From Vicinamibacterales bacterium (GTDB taxonomy: Bacteria > Acidobacteriota > Vicinamibacteria > Vicinamibacterales > UBA8438): DNA of 64,000 bases. The DNA lies in contig OZ244228.1 of assembly GCA_965217045.1 (NCBI GenBank), positions 507,914-571,913 on the forward strand, in the 5' to 3' direction. The notes below the pieces were generated by a model. That model did not search any database. It was given only the letters and a program-made list of their open reading frames with translations, and had not been told where the DNA came from. Below, piece after piece: positions 42,807 to 52,990 of the stretch (position 1 is its first letter; each line of letters starts with the position of its first letter). A program made the position numbers and the translations under genes.

Positions 42807-43375
42807 CGCCGACACGCGCCCAGGTCTGGTCGTTGCTGACCGAGTACACGGACGGCGACAGCTTGCGCAAGCATGCGCTGGCGGTCGAGGCGGCGATGCG
42901 CGGCTACGCCCGGCGCGCCGGGGCGGACGAGGAGGAGTGGGGCATCGTGGGCCTCCTGCACGACTTCGACTACGAGCGCTGGCCGAGCCTTGAGGACCAT
43001 CCCGTCCGCGGCAGCGAGATACTGCGGGCGCTCGACTATCCCGAGCCGATCATCCGGGCGATTCTGTCGCACGCCGACCACACCGGCGTGGTCCGGCAGG
43101 CGCAGGTCGAGCACACGCTGTTCGCCTGCGACGAGATGGCGGGATTCGTGACCGCGGCCGCGCTCGTGAGGCCCTCGCGGAGCATCCTCGACCTCGAAGC
43201 GCGTTCCGTGCGCAAGCGCATGAAGGACAAGGCCTTTGCGCGTGCCGTCAGTCGCGACGACCTGCGTCGCGGGGCGGAGGAGTTGGACCTGCCGCTCGAC
43301 GAGCACATCGCGAACGTCATCCGGTTCATGCGGGCGCAGGCCAACGCGCTCGGGCTGGCAGGCGACCTCGCGTAG
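42803..43375 (+). CDS. HD-domain (HDIG-like) phosphohydrolase
   Basis: KHALAVE, GLLHDFDYE, LFACDE, KDKAFAR. Confidence 0.85.
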   Translation: MTPTRAQVWSLLTEYTDGDSLRKHALAVEAAMRGYARRAGADEEEWGIVGLLHDFDYERWPSLEDHPVRGSEILRALDYPEPIIRAILSHADHTGVVRQAQVEHTLFACDEMAGFVTAAALVRPSRSILDLEARSVRKRMKDKAFARAVSRDDLRRGAEELDLPLDEHIANVIRFMRAQANALGLAGDLA

Positions 43376-43438
43376 CCACCCCCCTCGCGGACGAGCAGCC
43401 GGCCCGCCGGCAACGGCCGGTGGCCGGCTGCCTAGGCG

Positions 43439-44428
43439 CTACGGGTCTTGCGCCCTCGCGCCCCTCAGGACGTTGCCGATCGCGTAGTTTCCCTCGTGGC
43501 AGGCGAACTCGAAGAGATGGCCCGCCGCCACGCCGCGCTCCGACTGATCGGCGGACAGCGGAAAGCGCACCGTCCACGGCCGCGTGAAGCGCAACGGGTC
43601 GGTGATGGTCGCCTCGAATTCGATGGTGGCGGCGTCGACGCGGGTGAACCGCTCGACCATGTGTAGCGTCGGCGTCGGGGTGCGCCACGTGTTGTTCCAC
43701 CGGTCGTGCGGCCGGGCGGGGAAGTCGCGCGACTCGACCACGAGGGTGTCGCCCTCCCACCGCCCGCGCGGCTCGCCGTTCCACTGCGGGATGCCGGTGT
43801 GCGAGCGGCCGTCGAGCGGGATGATCCGGCGCTGGTGGAACATCTCGTGCACGATGACGACGTGCGTGGGGCTCTGGAAAATCTGGTGGTTCGGGTTGTA
43901 GCCGAACCAGATCTGCGGCAGGCCGTCACCCAGGCAGCGCTCCCCCGTGTCGAGGTCGAAGTGGGAGTCCCAGGGGCCCGCCCCGTGCGGCCGGTAGCCG
44001 TCCTGCGCGTCGGCCGTGTAAGGGATCCGGCCGTCGGGCGGGTCGACGATGAGCGACGTCCGGCGGCTCGGCGCCCACGCCGTCCCGTTGTCGAGCCAGA
44101 AGTTGTTGTAGAAGCCCGGCGAGCCGTCGGCCCGCCAGTCGACACTGCCGCCCGCCGTCGCCCGCTCGGCGGGCCGCTCGAAGAGCGCCTCGTCCTGGGC
44201 GACGGCCGCACCCTCGAGTGCTGCGACCTCCGCCTCGGTCAGGAACTCCCGGCCTTCGTACTGCGCCGGCCGTTCGAGCGGGGTCAGGGTCGAGCCGACC
44301 CAGATGCCCTGGAGATCCGGATCGCCCCACGGCGTCCGGAGCGCCTCCTGTCCGGCGGCGGATGCGCCGCCCAGCGCCACGGCGACGGCCAGCGCCACGG
44401 CCGCCTGCAGCCTAGTCAGACTCTCCAT
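43439..44428 (-). CDS. Secreted hypothetical protein, GDPDLQG..ACHEGNY family (paralog 2)
   Basis: Signal peptide; RTPWGDPDLQGIW, WEGDTLVVE, EFACHEGNY. Confidence 0.8.
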   Translation of the reverse strand: MESLTRLQAAVALAVAVALGGASAAGQEALRTPWGDPDLQGIWVGSTLTPLERPAQYEGREFLTEAEVAALEGAAVAQDEALFERPAERATAGGSVDWRADGSPGFYNNFWLDNGTAWAPSRRTSLIVDPPDGRIPYTADAQDGYRPHGAGPWDSHFDLDTGERCLGDGLPQIWFGYNPNHQIFQSPTHVVIVHEMFHQRRIIPLDGRSHTGIPQWNGEPRGRWEGDTLVVESRDFPARPHDRWNNTWRTPTPTLHMVERFTRVDAATIEFEATITDPLRFTRPWTVRFPLSADQSERGVAAGHLFEFACHEGNYAIGNVLRGARAQDP

Positions 44429-44703
44429 CTTGCGCCTCCTCAGGACTTTAGATCGATGTGGATTTGCCGACTTCAATGGGACGCAGCCCATGATTTCGGC
44501 CCCGGCATGCACGGGACACGGCAAGGTGATTTCCGTCAGTGTCCTCAGGAGTGGGGCGATGTGCCGGACACCCCCGGGTTGCCGCGGCGAGCCTGGATTT
44601 CCGGCGACGCGCGCCGCCCGCCGCTCCGCTTCCGGGCGGAGGGGCGGGCGGACGCACAAGGACATCACGTTCAACGCGTGACCGGCCGCGGCGGGGCGAC
44701 AGG

Positions 44704-45669
44704 TCAGCGAGAGCCGGTCGCCTGGGTCAACTCTGCGGAGCGGGCGCCCGCCAGGATGTTGTGCAGCCCGTAGTTCCCCTCGTGACAGGCGTACTCGAAG
44801 ATTTCCCCCCCGAGTGGCACCATGGGGATCTCCGCGGTCCACGGGCGCTCGTAGCTGGCCGGGTCGGTCAGCGTGAAGCTGTAGTCGATCCGGTCCGGGG
44901 CGACGCGCGTGAACCGCTCGACGACGCGGGCCTCCGCGCTCGCCGCATGCACCAGGTTCCGCACGCGTTCATCGCCCTTGGGCGTCAGGTTGGTCGTTTC
45001 GATGACCAGCGTCTCCCCCTCCCAGTGGGCGCGCGAGTCGCCCATCCACTGGTTGAGCCGTGACGGCAGATGCCCGCGCCCGTCGAGCGGGATGATCCGC
45101 GCGTCGTGGATCATCTCCACCAGGATCGCGACGTGATCCGGCGTCTGCAGAATCTGATAGTTGTGGTTGTAGAAGCCGGGGACCATGGCGCCCGGCATGC
45201 CGCGCGTGATGCACCGGTCGTAGAGGTTCAGATCCTCCCACGTGTCGAACTGCGTGCCGTCACGCTGGGCCGCGAACGCCGCATCGCTCTCCCGGACGCG
45301 ATCCGTCTTCGCCGGGTACCTGCCGTTGGGCGGATCGACGATGAGCGACGTCCGGTCGGTCCGCAGGCCGCGGTCGAGCCAGAAGCTATTGTAGGCGCCG
45401 GTCCGTCCGGGCGGCGGCGGGCGGTCGTTGTTCGCCTCGGCCTGCGCGTCGAGCTCACTCCGCTCCTCCGCGGAGAGCACATCCTGCCCCTCGAAGTCGT
45501 CGGGCCGCTCGATCGGCGTCGTCGTCCGGTTCGTCCAGACTCCCTGCAGGTCGGGGTCGCCCCACGGCGTGCGCGATGTCTCCTGCGCTGCGACGGATGC
45601 GACCCCGAGGGCCGCCACGACCGCCGCGACCGCCGCCAACTGCAACAGATTGATTCTCAGACGCTTCAT
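44704..45669 (-). CDS. Secreted hypothetical protein, GDPDLQG..ACHEGNY family (paralog 3)
   Basis: Signal peptide; RTPWGDPDLQGVW, DRCITRG, EYACHEGNY. Confidence 0.8.
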   Translation of the reverse strand: MKRLRINLLQLAAVAAVVAALGVASVAAQETSRTPWGDPDLQGVWTNRTTTPIERPDDFEGQDVLSAEERSELDAQAEANNDRPPPPGRTGAYNSFWLDRGLRTDRTSLIVDPPNGRYPAKTDRVRESDAAFAAQRDGTQFDTWEDLNLYDRCITRGMPGAMVPGFYNHNYQILQTPDHVAILVEMIHDARIIPLDGRGHLPSRLNQWMGDSRAHWEGETLVIETTNLTPKGDERVRNLVHAASAEARVVERFTRVAPDRIDYSFTLTDPASYERPWTAEIPMVPLGGEIFEYACHEGNYGLHNILAGARSAELTQATGSR

Positions 45670-45810
45670 GTCACGCCTCCTTGCCGGCGGGATTCCACTC
45701 GGTGGGGATTCTTTCCACCCTGAAGGTTCCATTCTTGGCGGGCATCGCCCTGTTTGTCAACGGTGGCAGCGGCGAGGGCAGCGCCGGCCATCGGGTAGGA
45801 TGAGCACGCC

Positions 45811-46332
45811 ATGGCGCTCCCCGATCCCGGCCACATCTTCTTCTACGGCACACTGATGTCCGGCTTCGGTCTGCGGCGGCGGGCGGCGATCGAGCCCTTC
45901 GTGCGCTTCGTCGGGCCGGGCGCCGTCCGGGCGGCGCTGTTCGACCTCGGCCCGTATCCGGCCGCCATCCGGGCGGAAGGGACGGTGCGGGGAGAGCTGT
46001 ATGCGGTGACCTGTGCGGACAGGCTCATACCTCGCGTCGACGCCATCGAGGGTTGCGTGCCTGGAGACGTTCTGCGCAGCGAGTATGTCCGTGAGGCTGT
46101 TGAGGTCCGCCTCGATCGAGGTCTGCGGCAGTGCGCCTGGATGTACTTCTACGCCCTATCGCTCGGCGCTGCGGCCTGGATACCGGCGGGCGACTACCGG
46201 GCGCACCTGGCCCGCCGGTCGACCGCCGTCGTGCCCGGCCCGGCCAGGGCGTGCGCCGTCCCTTACGGGATGCATCGCCGCTCGAACGCAGCGCGGCCTT
46301 TTGCCACGGGCTCCTGGCGCGGGCTGGTATGA
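45811..46332 (+). CDS. Gamma-glutamylcyclotransferase (AIG2-like) family protein
   Basis: FFYGTLM, GELY, DAIEG, AWMYFY, WIPAGDY. Confidence 0.85.
   Translation: MALPDPGHIFFYGTLMSGFGLRRRAAIEPFVRFVGPGAVRAALFDLGPYPAAIRAEGTVRGELYAVTCADRLIPRVDAIEGCVPGDVLRSEYVREAVEVRLDRGLRQCAWMYFYALSLGAAAWIPAGDYRAHLARRSTAVVPGPARACAVPYGMHRRSNAARPFATGSWRGLV
46258..46313 (+). repeat. Right half of a MITE-like repeat
   Basis: Matches 59925-59980 (TTACGGGATGCATCGCC..GGCCTTTTGCCACGGGCT). Confidence 0.7.
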
Positions 46333-46387
46333 TCGACCGGATGTACGCGGCGCCGGCGGCGGCGGCGCCGAAGGGTCGGGGGTGCCG

Positions 46388-47230
46388 ATGCGGACGGTAG
46401 GCGTGTTGGGATGCGGCTTGATGGGATCGGGCATTGCCCAGGTCTGCGCGCAGTCGGGCTACCGGACCATCGTGCGGGAAGTGGATCGGACGCTCGTCGA
46501 CCGGGGGCTGGGCCGCATCGAGAGCTTCCTGGCGGCGGGCGTCGAGCGCGGCAAGGTGACTCCGGAGGCGCGCGACGCGACGCTGGCGAACCTGTCGGGT
46601 ACGACCGAGGTTGCCGATCTCGCCGCGGCGGACATCGTCGTCGAGGCCATCGTGGAAGACCTGGGCGCCAAGCGCGAGGTGTTCGCCGCACTCGACGCCG
46701 TCGTGGGGGAGGACACCCTGTTCGCCTCCAATACGTCGTCGCTCTGCATCACGGAGATGGCGTCGGCGACCCGGCGTCCCGACCGGTTCTTCGGCCTGCA
46801 CTTCTTCAGCCCGGTTCCCGTGATGAAGCTGGTCGAGGTGATTCGCGGATTGTCGACCAGCGACGACACCTATCGGCGGGGGATGGAGTTCGCCGGCTCG
46901 CTCGGGAAGCAGCCGGTGACCGCACCCGATCGACCGGGGTTCATCGTCAACCGCCTGCTCATCCCGTACCTGCTGGATGCCATCCGCGCCTACGAGTCCG
47001 GCGTCGGCACGCTCGAGGACATCGACAAGGGAATGGCGCTGGGGTGCGGCCACCCGATGGGTCCCTTCACCCTCCTCGACTTCGTCGGGCTCGACACGAC
47101 CTACTACATTGCCAACATCATGTACGACGAGTTCCGCGATCCCGCGTACGCGGCCCCTCCGCTGCTGAAGCGGATGATGGCGGCGGGCCGCCTGGGCCGC
47201 AAGACCGGGCGCGGCTTCTACACCTACTGA
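46388..47230 (+). CDS. hbd: 3-hydroxybutyryl-CoA dehydrogenase
   Basis: [47 protein letters not shown]. Confidence 0.92.
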   Translation: MRTVGVLGCGLMGSGIAQVCAQSGYRTIVREVDRTLVDRGLGRIESFLAAGVERGKVTPEARDATLANLSGTTEVADLAAADIVVEAIVEDLGAKREVFAALDAVVGEDTLFASNTSSLCITEMASATRRPDRFFGLHFFSPVPVMKLVEVIRGLSTSDDTYRRGMEFAGSLGKQPVTAPDRPGFIVNRLLIPYLLDAIRAYESGVGTLEDIDKGMALGCGHPMGPFTLLDFVGLDTTYYIANIMYDEFRDPAYAAPPLLKRMMAAGRLGRKTGRGFYTY

Positions 47231-47258
47231 GCGGGTGCGTCCGGCGCGAGGGCAGGAG

Positions 47259-47876
47259 ATGAACGAGAAGCGGGTACGCGACGCGGTGGAGGTATTGCTG
47301 GCGGAGGTGGGGGAGGATCCGACCCGCGAGGGGCTGGCCCGCACCCCGGCTCGCGTGGCGAGCGCCCTGCGGTTTCTGACGAGCGGGTACGACGCCGACG
47401 TCGGGGCGGTCGTCAACGACGCGCTGTTCACCGTCGATTGCAACGAGATGGTCATCGTCAGGGACATCGACTTCTACAGCTTGTGCGAGCATCACCTCCT
47501 GCCGTTCTTCGGGAAGTGCCATGTCGCCTACCTGCCACGCACGCACGTGATCGGCCTCAGCAAGATTCCCCGTCTCGTCGAGATGTTCAGCCGACGCCTG
47601 CAGGTGCAGGAGCGGCTGACGAATCAGATTGCGACGACGCTGTCGGATGCCCTGAATCCGCTGGGGGTGGGGGTGGTGATCGAGGCGACCCACCTGTGCA
47701 TGCTGATGCGCGGCGTCGAGCAACGGAACTCGTTCGCGGTCACCAGCGCGATGCTGGGCGGCTTTCGTGACGATGCGCGTACGCGGATGGAATTCCTGGA
47801 GCTTCTCAAGCAGCGGGGCGGGATGCGGGCCGCGCTCGACCCGGCCTCGCTGGCCTTGGGCGTCGAGACGCGGTGA
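47259..47876 (+). CDS. folE: GTP cyclohydrolase I
   Basis: [44 protein letters not shown]. Confidence 0.96.
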   Translation: MNEKRVRDAVEVLLAEVGEDPTREGLARTPARVASALRFLTSGYDADVGAVVNDALFTVDCNEMVIVRDIDFYSLCEHHLLPFFGKCHVAYLPRTHVIGLSKIPRLVEMFSRRLQVQERLTNQIATTLSDALNPLGVGVVIEATHLCMLMRGVEQRNSFAVTSAMLGGFRDDARTRMEFLELLKQRGGMRAALDPASLALGVETR

Positions 47877-48475
47877 CGATGTTCTTCCGCACGCTGCTCG
47901 TCGTGCTGGTGGCGGCCGCGACGTCCGGGGCCGCGGCGCAGACGCTCACGGACGAACCGGTCGAGGTGCGCTGCCCGTCGGTGCTCGGCGTCGGGATCGT
48001 CACCCAGATTCCGTTCTGCGACATCGAGGTGCAACGCGACCCCGCGCTGGGGATCCTGGTGGTGCTGCCACGCCGCGGCGGCGAGGCGACCCTGTCGTTC
48101 AACCTGCACAACCGTCACACGTACTCCGGGCAGGCCGCGCGCAGCGGAGGCGCGTATACGCAGTATGTGGCGTCGATTGCGGTGGCCACGCTGGAAGGCG
48201 AGGTCGTCGCCCGCGGGGCTGTGCTCAGCGAGTTCAGGTCCGCCGCGGATCTCGTCGACCGCATCGGCGGCGGCGCGGGTCCGCTGGGCATCAAGGCGAT
48301 TGCCCCGCTCGGATCCGAGCGGGTGTTCGTCACCCTGCCGGCCGGACTCGACCAGGTGTCCATCGTCGGCCAGAGCCTGGAAGTGGTGCGTTCCGACAGC
48401 CGCGACACGTTCCGGTCCGTCGGGAGGCCGATCGCCGTCCTCAGCGACGCATTGGTCTCCTATCGTCCACGCTGA
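47873..48475 (+). CDS. Secreted hypothetical protein
   Basis: Signal peptide; overlaps the folE stop and has coding-like composition. Confidence 0.7.
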   Translation: MTMFFRTLLVVLVAAATSGAAAQTLTDEPVEVRCPSVLGVGIVTQIPFCDIEVQRDPALGILVVLPRRGGEATLSFNLHNRHTYSGQAARSGGAYTQYVASIAVATLEGEVVARGAVLSEFRSAADLVDRIGGGAGPLGIKAIAPLGSERVFVTLPAGLDQVSIVGQSLEVVRSDSRDTFRSVGRPIAVLSDALVSYRPR

Positions 48476-48500
48476 TTTCCCCGGCCGCTACCCACCTGTG

Positions 48501-49514
48501 ATGCACTGCCACGATCTCATCGTCATCGGCGCGGGCCCCGCGGGACTGGCCGCCGCGATAGCCGCCCGCCAGGCCGGCCTGGATTTCCGGGTGTTCGAGA
48601 AGGGCGTGCTGGTCAACTCGCTCTTTCATTTCCCGGGCCAGATGGTCTTCTTCACCACCCCCGAGCTGCTCGAGATTGGCGGGCTGCCGTTCGTCTCGCC
48701 CCGGGACAAGCCGACGCGGGACGAGACGCTGCGCTACTATCGGCGGGTCGTCGACACGTATCAGCTGGAGATCGCGTTCTCGCACGCCGTCACGGCAATG
48801 GACAGGGCCCGGGGACAGGCCGGCGGTCCGTTCACCCTGCGGACCCGCGACGGAGAGGGGCGCGAAGCGGCGTGGCAGGCCCGCACGGTGCTGCTGGCGA
48901 CCGGAACGTACGACCATCCCAACCGTCTGCGCGTGCCGGGCGAGGACCTGCCCCACGTGTCGCACTACTACACCGAGCCGCATCCGTTCTACCGCAAGCA
49001 GGTCGTCATCGTCGGGGGCAAGAACTCGGCGGCGGAAGCCGCGCTGGACCTGCACCGGGCCGGCGCACACGTGACCCTCGTCCACCGGCGTCCGGTCCTG
49101 GGCGCGTCAATCAAGTACTGGGTCAAGCCCGACATCGAGAACCGGATCAAGGAGGGGTCGATCGCCGCGCGCTTCGAGACGCAGGTCGTCGAAATACGGC
49201 CGACGGAGGTGGTCGTCGAGCGGATCGCGGCCGACGCCGCGGGCGTCCGCGAAATGCTCGCGGCGGATGGCGTCTTCCTGTTGACCGGCTACCTGGCCGA
49301 CCTGGAGTTCCTCGAGGCCTGCGGTGTGGCGGTCGACCGTGCGACGAACGTGCCGCAACACGACCCGGAGACGTACGAGACCAACGTGGCGGGCCTCTAT
49401 CTCGCAGGCTCCGTGGTGGCCGGCGCCAACCGCGGCGAGGTCTTCATCGAGAACGGCCGCTTCCACGGCCGGGTGGTCGTGGAGCACATCGCGCGCCGGC
49501 TCGGAAGCGGCTGA
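48501..49514 (+). CDS. YpdA-family FAD-dependent (putative bacillithiol) disulfide reductase
   Basis: IGAGPAGL, FFTTPELLEIG, SHYYTEPHPF, YWVKPDIENRIKEG, FIENGRFHG. Confidence 0.88.
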   Translation: MHCHDLIVIGAGPAGLAAAIAARQAGLDFRVFEKGVLVNSLFHFPGQMVFFTTPELLEIGGLPFVSPRDKPTRDETLRYYRRVVDTYQLEIAFSHAVTAMDRARGQAGGPFTLRTRDGEGREAAWQARTVLLATGTYDHPNRLRVPGEDLPHVSHYYTEPHPFYRKQVVIVGGKNSAAEAALDLHRAGAHVTLVHRRPVLGASIKYWVKPDIENRIKEGSIAARFETQVVEIRPTEVVVERIAADAAGVREMLAADGVFLLTGYLADLEFLEACGVAVDRATNVPQHDPETYETNVAGLYLAGSVVAGANRGEVFIENGRFHGRVVVEHIARRLGSG

Positions 49515-49531
49515 CGCGAACGGCCGGCCCG

Positions 49532-50146
49532 CTACTGCGCGTGGGTCACCCGGAAATTCCCGTTCTCGATGAACGCCTTCATCTCCATCAGATCGCCGAG
49601 CGACTGACAGCGCTCGAGCAGGCCGTCCCGCTCAAGCAGCGCCTGCTTCTCGAGCGGGTCGAACTCGAGATACTGGGAGAGCGCGTTGACGAGGTCCGCG
49701 TCGTCCATGCCGGACGGTACCTTCGAGTCCGATCCCAGCACCTCCGGCCGGCTCGCAAGCAACCGTTCCAGCCGCTGCCGCGCCTCGAGCAGCCCTTCCG
49801 GGGCATCGGGTTCGGCCAGGGTCTCGACCCGCGCCCGGCGATAGGTCCGCGAGTGATCCTCCTCGAGTAGGCGGAACTTGTGGAGGCCGCGGAGCACGAT
49901 GTTGAAGCGGCCGTCCTGAAGGCGCTCGCGGTGCGTGATCAGCCCGGCGCAGCCGATGGGGTATACGGGAGGCACCGGCTCGCCGGCGGTCGCGCGCGTG
50001 TCCCGCAGCAGCACCATCCCGATGATCCGGTCGCCGGCCAGCGCGTCGCGCACCATCTCGCGGTACCGGGGCTCGAAGATGTGCAGCGGCAGGAAGACGT
50101 TCGGGAACAGCACGATGTTGGGCAGCGGGAAGATGGGGAGCAGCAT
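49532..50146 (-). CDS. Stand-alone LON substrate-binding (N-terminal) domain protein
   Basis: LPIFPLPN.VLFP...LPLHIFEPRYR.M, DGRFNIVL.G, EKQALLE. Confidence 0.88.
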   Translation of the reverse strand: MLLPIFPLPNIVLFPNVFLPLHIFEPRYREMVRDALAGDRIIGMVLLRDTRATAGEPVPPVYPIGCAGLITHRERLQDGRFNIVLRGLHKFRLLEEDHSRTYRRARVETLAEPDAPEGLLEARQRLERLLASRPEVLGSDSKVPSGMDDADLVNALSQYLEFDPLEKQALLERDGLLERCQSLGDLMEMKAFIENGNFRVTHAQ

Positions 50147-50161
50147 GGGATCGCGGCTTCG

Positions 50162-51442
50162 TCAGTGCACCGTGCGCGTCTTCTTGTCCATGTAGTCCAG
50201 CAGCACGTAGCGGCCGAGGGTGTGGGGCGTGGTGAAGTACGCCTTGCCGCGGCAGATGGACGCGACGCGCCGCACGAAGCTCACCAACTCGTAGTCGCGG
50301 GCCAGCATGAACGTGTTGATCATGATCCCGGCCTTGCGGCAGGTGGCCACCTCCGCGAACGTCGCCGCGAGGATGCGGGGGTCGAGGCCGAACGCGTTGC
50401 GGTAGATCTGCCCGTCGGGCCCCGTGAGGGCCGACGGCTTGCCGTCGGTGATCATCACGATCTGCCGCATGTCCTTCCGTTGGCGCTCCAGGATGCGTCG
50501 GGCGAGGCGCAGCCCGTCGCGGGTGTTGGTGTAGTAGGGGCCCACCTGGACGCGCGCCAGCTGCTTGATGGGGATCTCCTCGGCCGAGTCGTGGAACAGC
50601 ACGACGTTCAGCGCGTCCCCCGGATACTGGCAGCGTATCAGGTTGGCCAGGGCGAGAGCGACCTGCTTGGCCGGGGTGAAGCGATCCTCTCCGTACAGGA
50701 TCATGCTGTGGCTGCAGTCGAGCATCAGCACCGTGGCGCAGGAGCTCTGATACTCGCCCTGCGCCACCATCAGGTCGGAGTACTGTACATCGATCGCCGC
50801 GCCGTGCTCGCCCTGCGCCAGGCCGCCGCGCCGCACCGCGTTGAGAATCGTGCCGCTCGCATCCAGGTTGAGCGTGTCTCCGAACTCGTACGGCTTGGAC
50901 GTCCCGCTGGCCTCGACGCCGGTCGATACGTCGCGGGTGTCGTGGCGGCCCACGCTCCCCCGACCGACCGAGCCCAGCAGGTCGCGCAACGCCCGGTAGC
51001 CGAGGAAGTCGAGGCTCTTGTCCGTGATCTCGAACGTCGCGGGCGGAAGGTCCAGGTCCGGTCCGAATCCGCCGGCCTGCCCCCCGGTGCGCTCCCCGTC
51101 GTCCTGCACCGTGATGTAGCCCTGCTGCGCCAAGCGCTCGACGACGTCCCGGATCAGCTGCTCGATCCGCGACGGTTCGGTGTCCTGGTCGGCGTCGGCC
51201 GGATCGCCGAGCAGCCGCGACAACGCGTCGTCCGAGAGCAGGCCCCCGTTGAGCAGCGCGTCGAGGATGGCGTCGTGCAGCGCCTGGAGCGTACGGTCGT
51301 CGCCTCCGTCCGCGCCGTGCCGGTCGCCGTGCGGATGGGCGAACCCGCTCGACAGCAGCAGATCGGAAAGCTTCGAGACCAGCTCCTCGAGGTCGAGACC
51401 CTCGAGATCGTCACCGGTGAAGCGTGTGTAGCGATACCGCAT
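50162..51442 (-). CDS. von Willebrand factor A domain protein
   Basis: MIDAS-type [20 protein letters not shown]. Confidence 0.88.
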   Translation of the reverse strand: MRYRYTRFTGDDLEGLDLEELVSKLSDLLLSSGFAHPHGDRHGADGGDDRTLQALHDAILDALLNGGLLSDDALSRLLGDPADADQDTEPSRIEQLIRDVVERLAQQGYITVQDDGERTGGQAGGFGPDLDLPPATFEITDKSLDFLGYRALRDLLGSVGRGSVGRHDTRDVSTGVEASGTSKPYEFGDTLNLDASGTILNAVRRGGLAQGEHGAAIDVQYSDLMVAQGEYQSSCATVLMLDCSHSMILYGEDRFTPAKQVALALANLIRCQYPGDALNVVLFHDSAEEIPIKQLARVQVGPYYTNTRDGLRLARRILERQRKDMRQIVMITDGKPSALTGPDGQIYRNAFGLDPRILAATFAEVATCRKAGIMINTFMLARDYELVSFVRRVASICRGKAYFTTPHTLGRYVLLDYMDKKTRTVH

Positions 51443-51468
51443 GCGAGTCCCGCGTCGGGGACGGACCG

Positions 51469-52980
51469 TCAGTTGTAGTACTTCTTCTTGCTCGACCCCG
51501 GCAGTGAGGCGTTCGGATCGAAGCGCTGCTCGGCGGAACGCACGGTGCGCCGCGCCGGTTCGGCCGCCCGGTACTCGCGCTCGTCGGTACGCGTGATCTT
51601 CTTCTGCGCGTACAGCCCCTCGAGCACGAAATCGACGGCGGCGGCCATGGCCGCCGCAGGGTCGGTTGGCTTGACGCCGGCGTGCTCGACCAGCTCGTCC
51701 AGGCCCTGGATATCGCGGACCTGCTGGAGTAGCTCGCCCGCGGGCGTCGTATCGGCGACCTGGAGCGATCCGCCCATCTCGAACCACTCGACGACCGGGC
51801 TGCTGTCGACGCCGTCGAACCAGCCGTCGAACACGTGCCGCACGGCGGCGCGAATGAGGTCGCGCGCCACCTGATCGGCCCCGCGGAGCTCGCCTTCGTA
51901 CTCGAGCTCGAACTTGCCGGTTATGGATGGCAGCGCCGCGTACACGTCGGTGACGCGGGCCACCACCGGTTGCTCGCCGGCCGCGAGCGCACGGCGCTCG
52001 GCATTGGAGACCACGTTTTCCAGGCAGGTGATCGGCAGCCTCTGGCTGACGCCCGACCGGCGGTCGATCTTCTTGTCGGCGCGGGCCTGGAACGCGATCT
52101 CCTCGACGACCTCGCGTACGAACGGCAGCACCATGACGCCGTCGGTCGGCTTCCGGTCCGGCGCACGGTCGACCCAGGCCTCCTGCCGCGTGATGGCGAT
52201 GGCGTCACGCCGGGTCTGCGGATAGTGGGTTCGAATCTCGGAGCCGATGCGGTCCTTGAGCGGCGTGATGATCTTGCCCCGCGCCGTGTAGTCCTCGGGG
52301 TTGGCGGTGAACGCCATCAGCACGTCCAGCTGCAGCCGCACCGGGTAGCCCTTTATCTGGACGTCGCCTTCCTGCAGGATGTTGAACAGCCCGACCTGGA
52401 TCTTGCCGGCGAGGTCCGGGAGCTCGTTGACGGCGAAGATGCCGCGGTTGGCGCGCGGCAGCAGGCCGTAGTGCACGGTCAGGTCGTCGGACAGTTGCCG
52501 TCCGCTCCGCGCCGCCTTGATCGGGTCGATATCGCCGATCATGTCCGCTATGGTGACGTCGGGCGTCGCGAGCTTCTCGACGAACCGCAGTGAGCGCGGC
52601 AGCCAGGCGACCGGCAGGCCGTCACCCTCCTCTCGCAGCCGCTCGCGGCAGGCGCCGCACAGTGGCGCCTGCGGATCGTCGTTGATCTCGCAACCGTCCA
52701 CCACCGGCAGCTCGTCGTCGAGCAGGTCGACCAGCGCGCGCAGCATGCGCGTCTTCGCTTGGCCACGCAGCCCCAGGACGATGAAGTGGTGTTGCGAAAG
52801 GACGGCGTTGCAGATCTGCGGGATCACCGAGTCGTCGTAGCCGATGATGCCGGGAAACAGGGTCTCCCCCCGGCGCAGCTTCGCGATGAGGTTGTCACGC
52901 AGCTCCCGGCGGACGCTGCGATGCGGGAGCCGGCCGGCGTCAACCGCGCGGCGCAGATCCCCCAGGACGGTGGGCCGCAT
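51469..52980 (-). CDS. AAA+ ATPase (Mg-chelatase subunit I-like)
   Basis: LGLRGQAKTR, EKLATPDVT, NELPDL, TANPEDYT.RG.I.TPLKDR. Confidence 0.88.
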   Translation of the reverse strand: MRPTVLGDLRRAVDAGRLPHRSVRRELRDNLIAKLRRGETLFPGIIGYDDSVIPQICNAVLSQHHFIVLGLRGQAKTRMLRALVDLLDDELPVVDGCEINDDPQAPLCGACRERLREEGDGLPVAWLPRSLRFVEKLATPDVTIADMIGDIDPIKAARSGRQLSDDLTVHYGLLPRANRGIFAVNELPDLAGKIQVGLFNILQEGDVQIKGYPVRLQLDVLMAFTANPEDYTARGKIITPLKDRIGSEIRTHYPQTRRDAIAITRQEAWVDRAPDRKPTDGVMVLPFVREVVEEIAFQARADKKIDRRSGVSQRLPITCLENVVSNAERRALAAGEQPVVARVTDVYAALPSITGKFELEYEGELRGADQVARDLIRAAVRHVFDGWFDGVDSSPVVEWFEMGGSLQVADTTPAGELLQQVRDIQGLDELVEHAGVKPTDPAAAMAAAVDFVLEGLYAQKKITRTDEREYRAAEPARRTVRSAEQRFDPNASLPGSSKKKYYN

Positions 52981-52990
52981 GTCGTCGACC

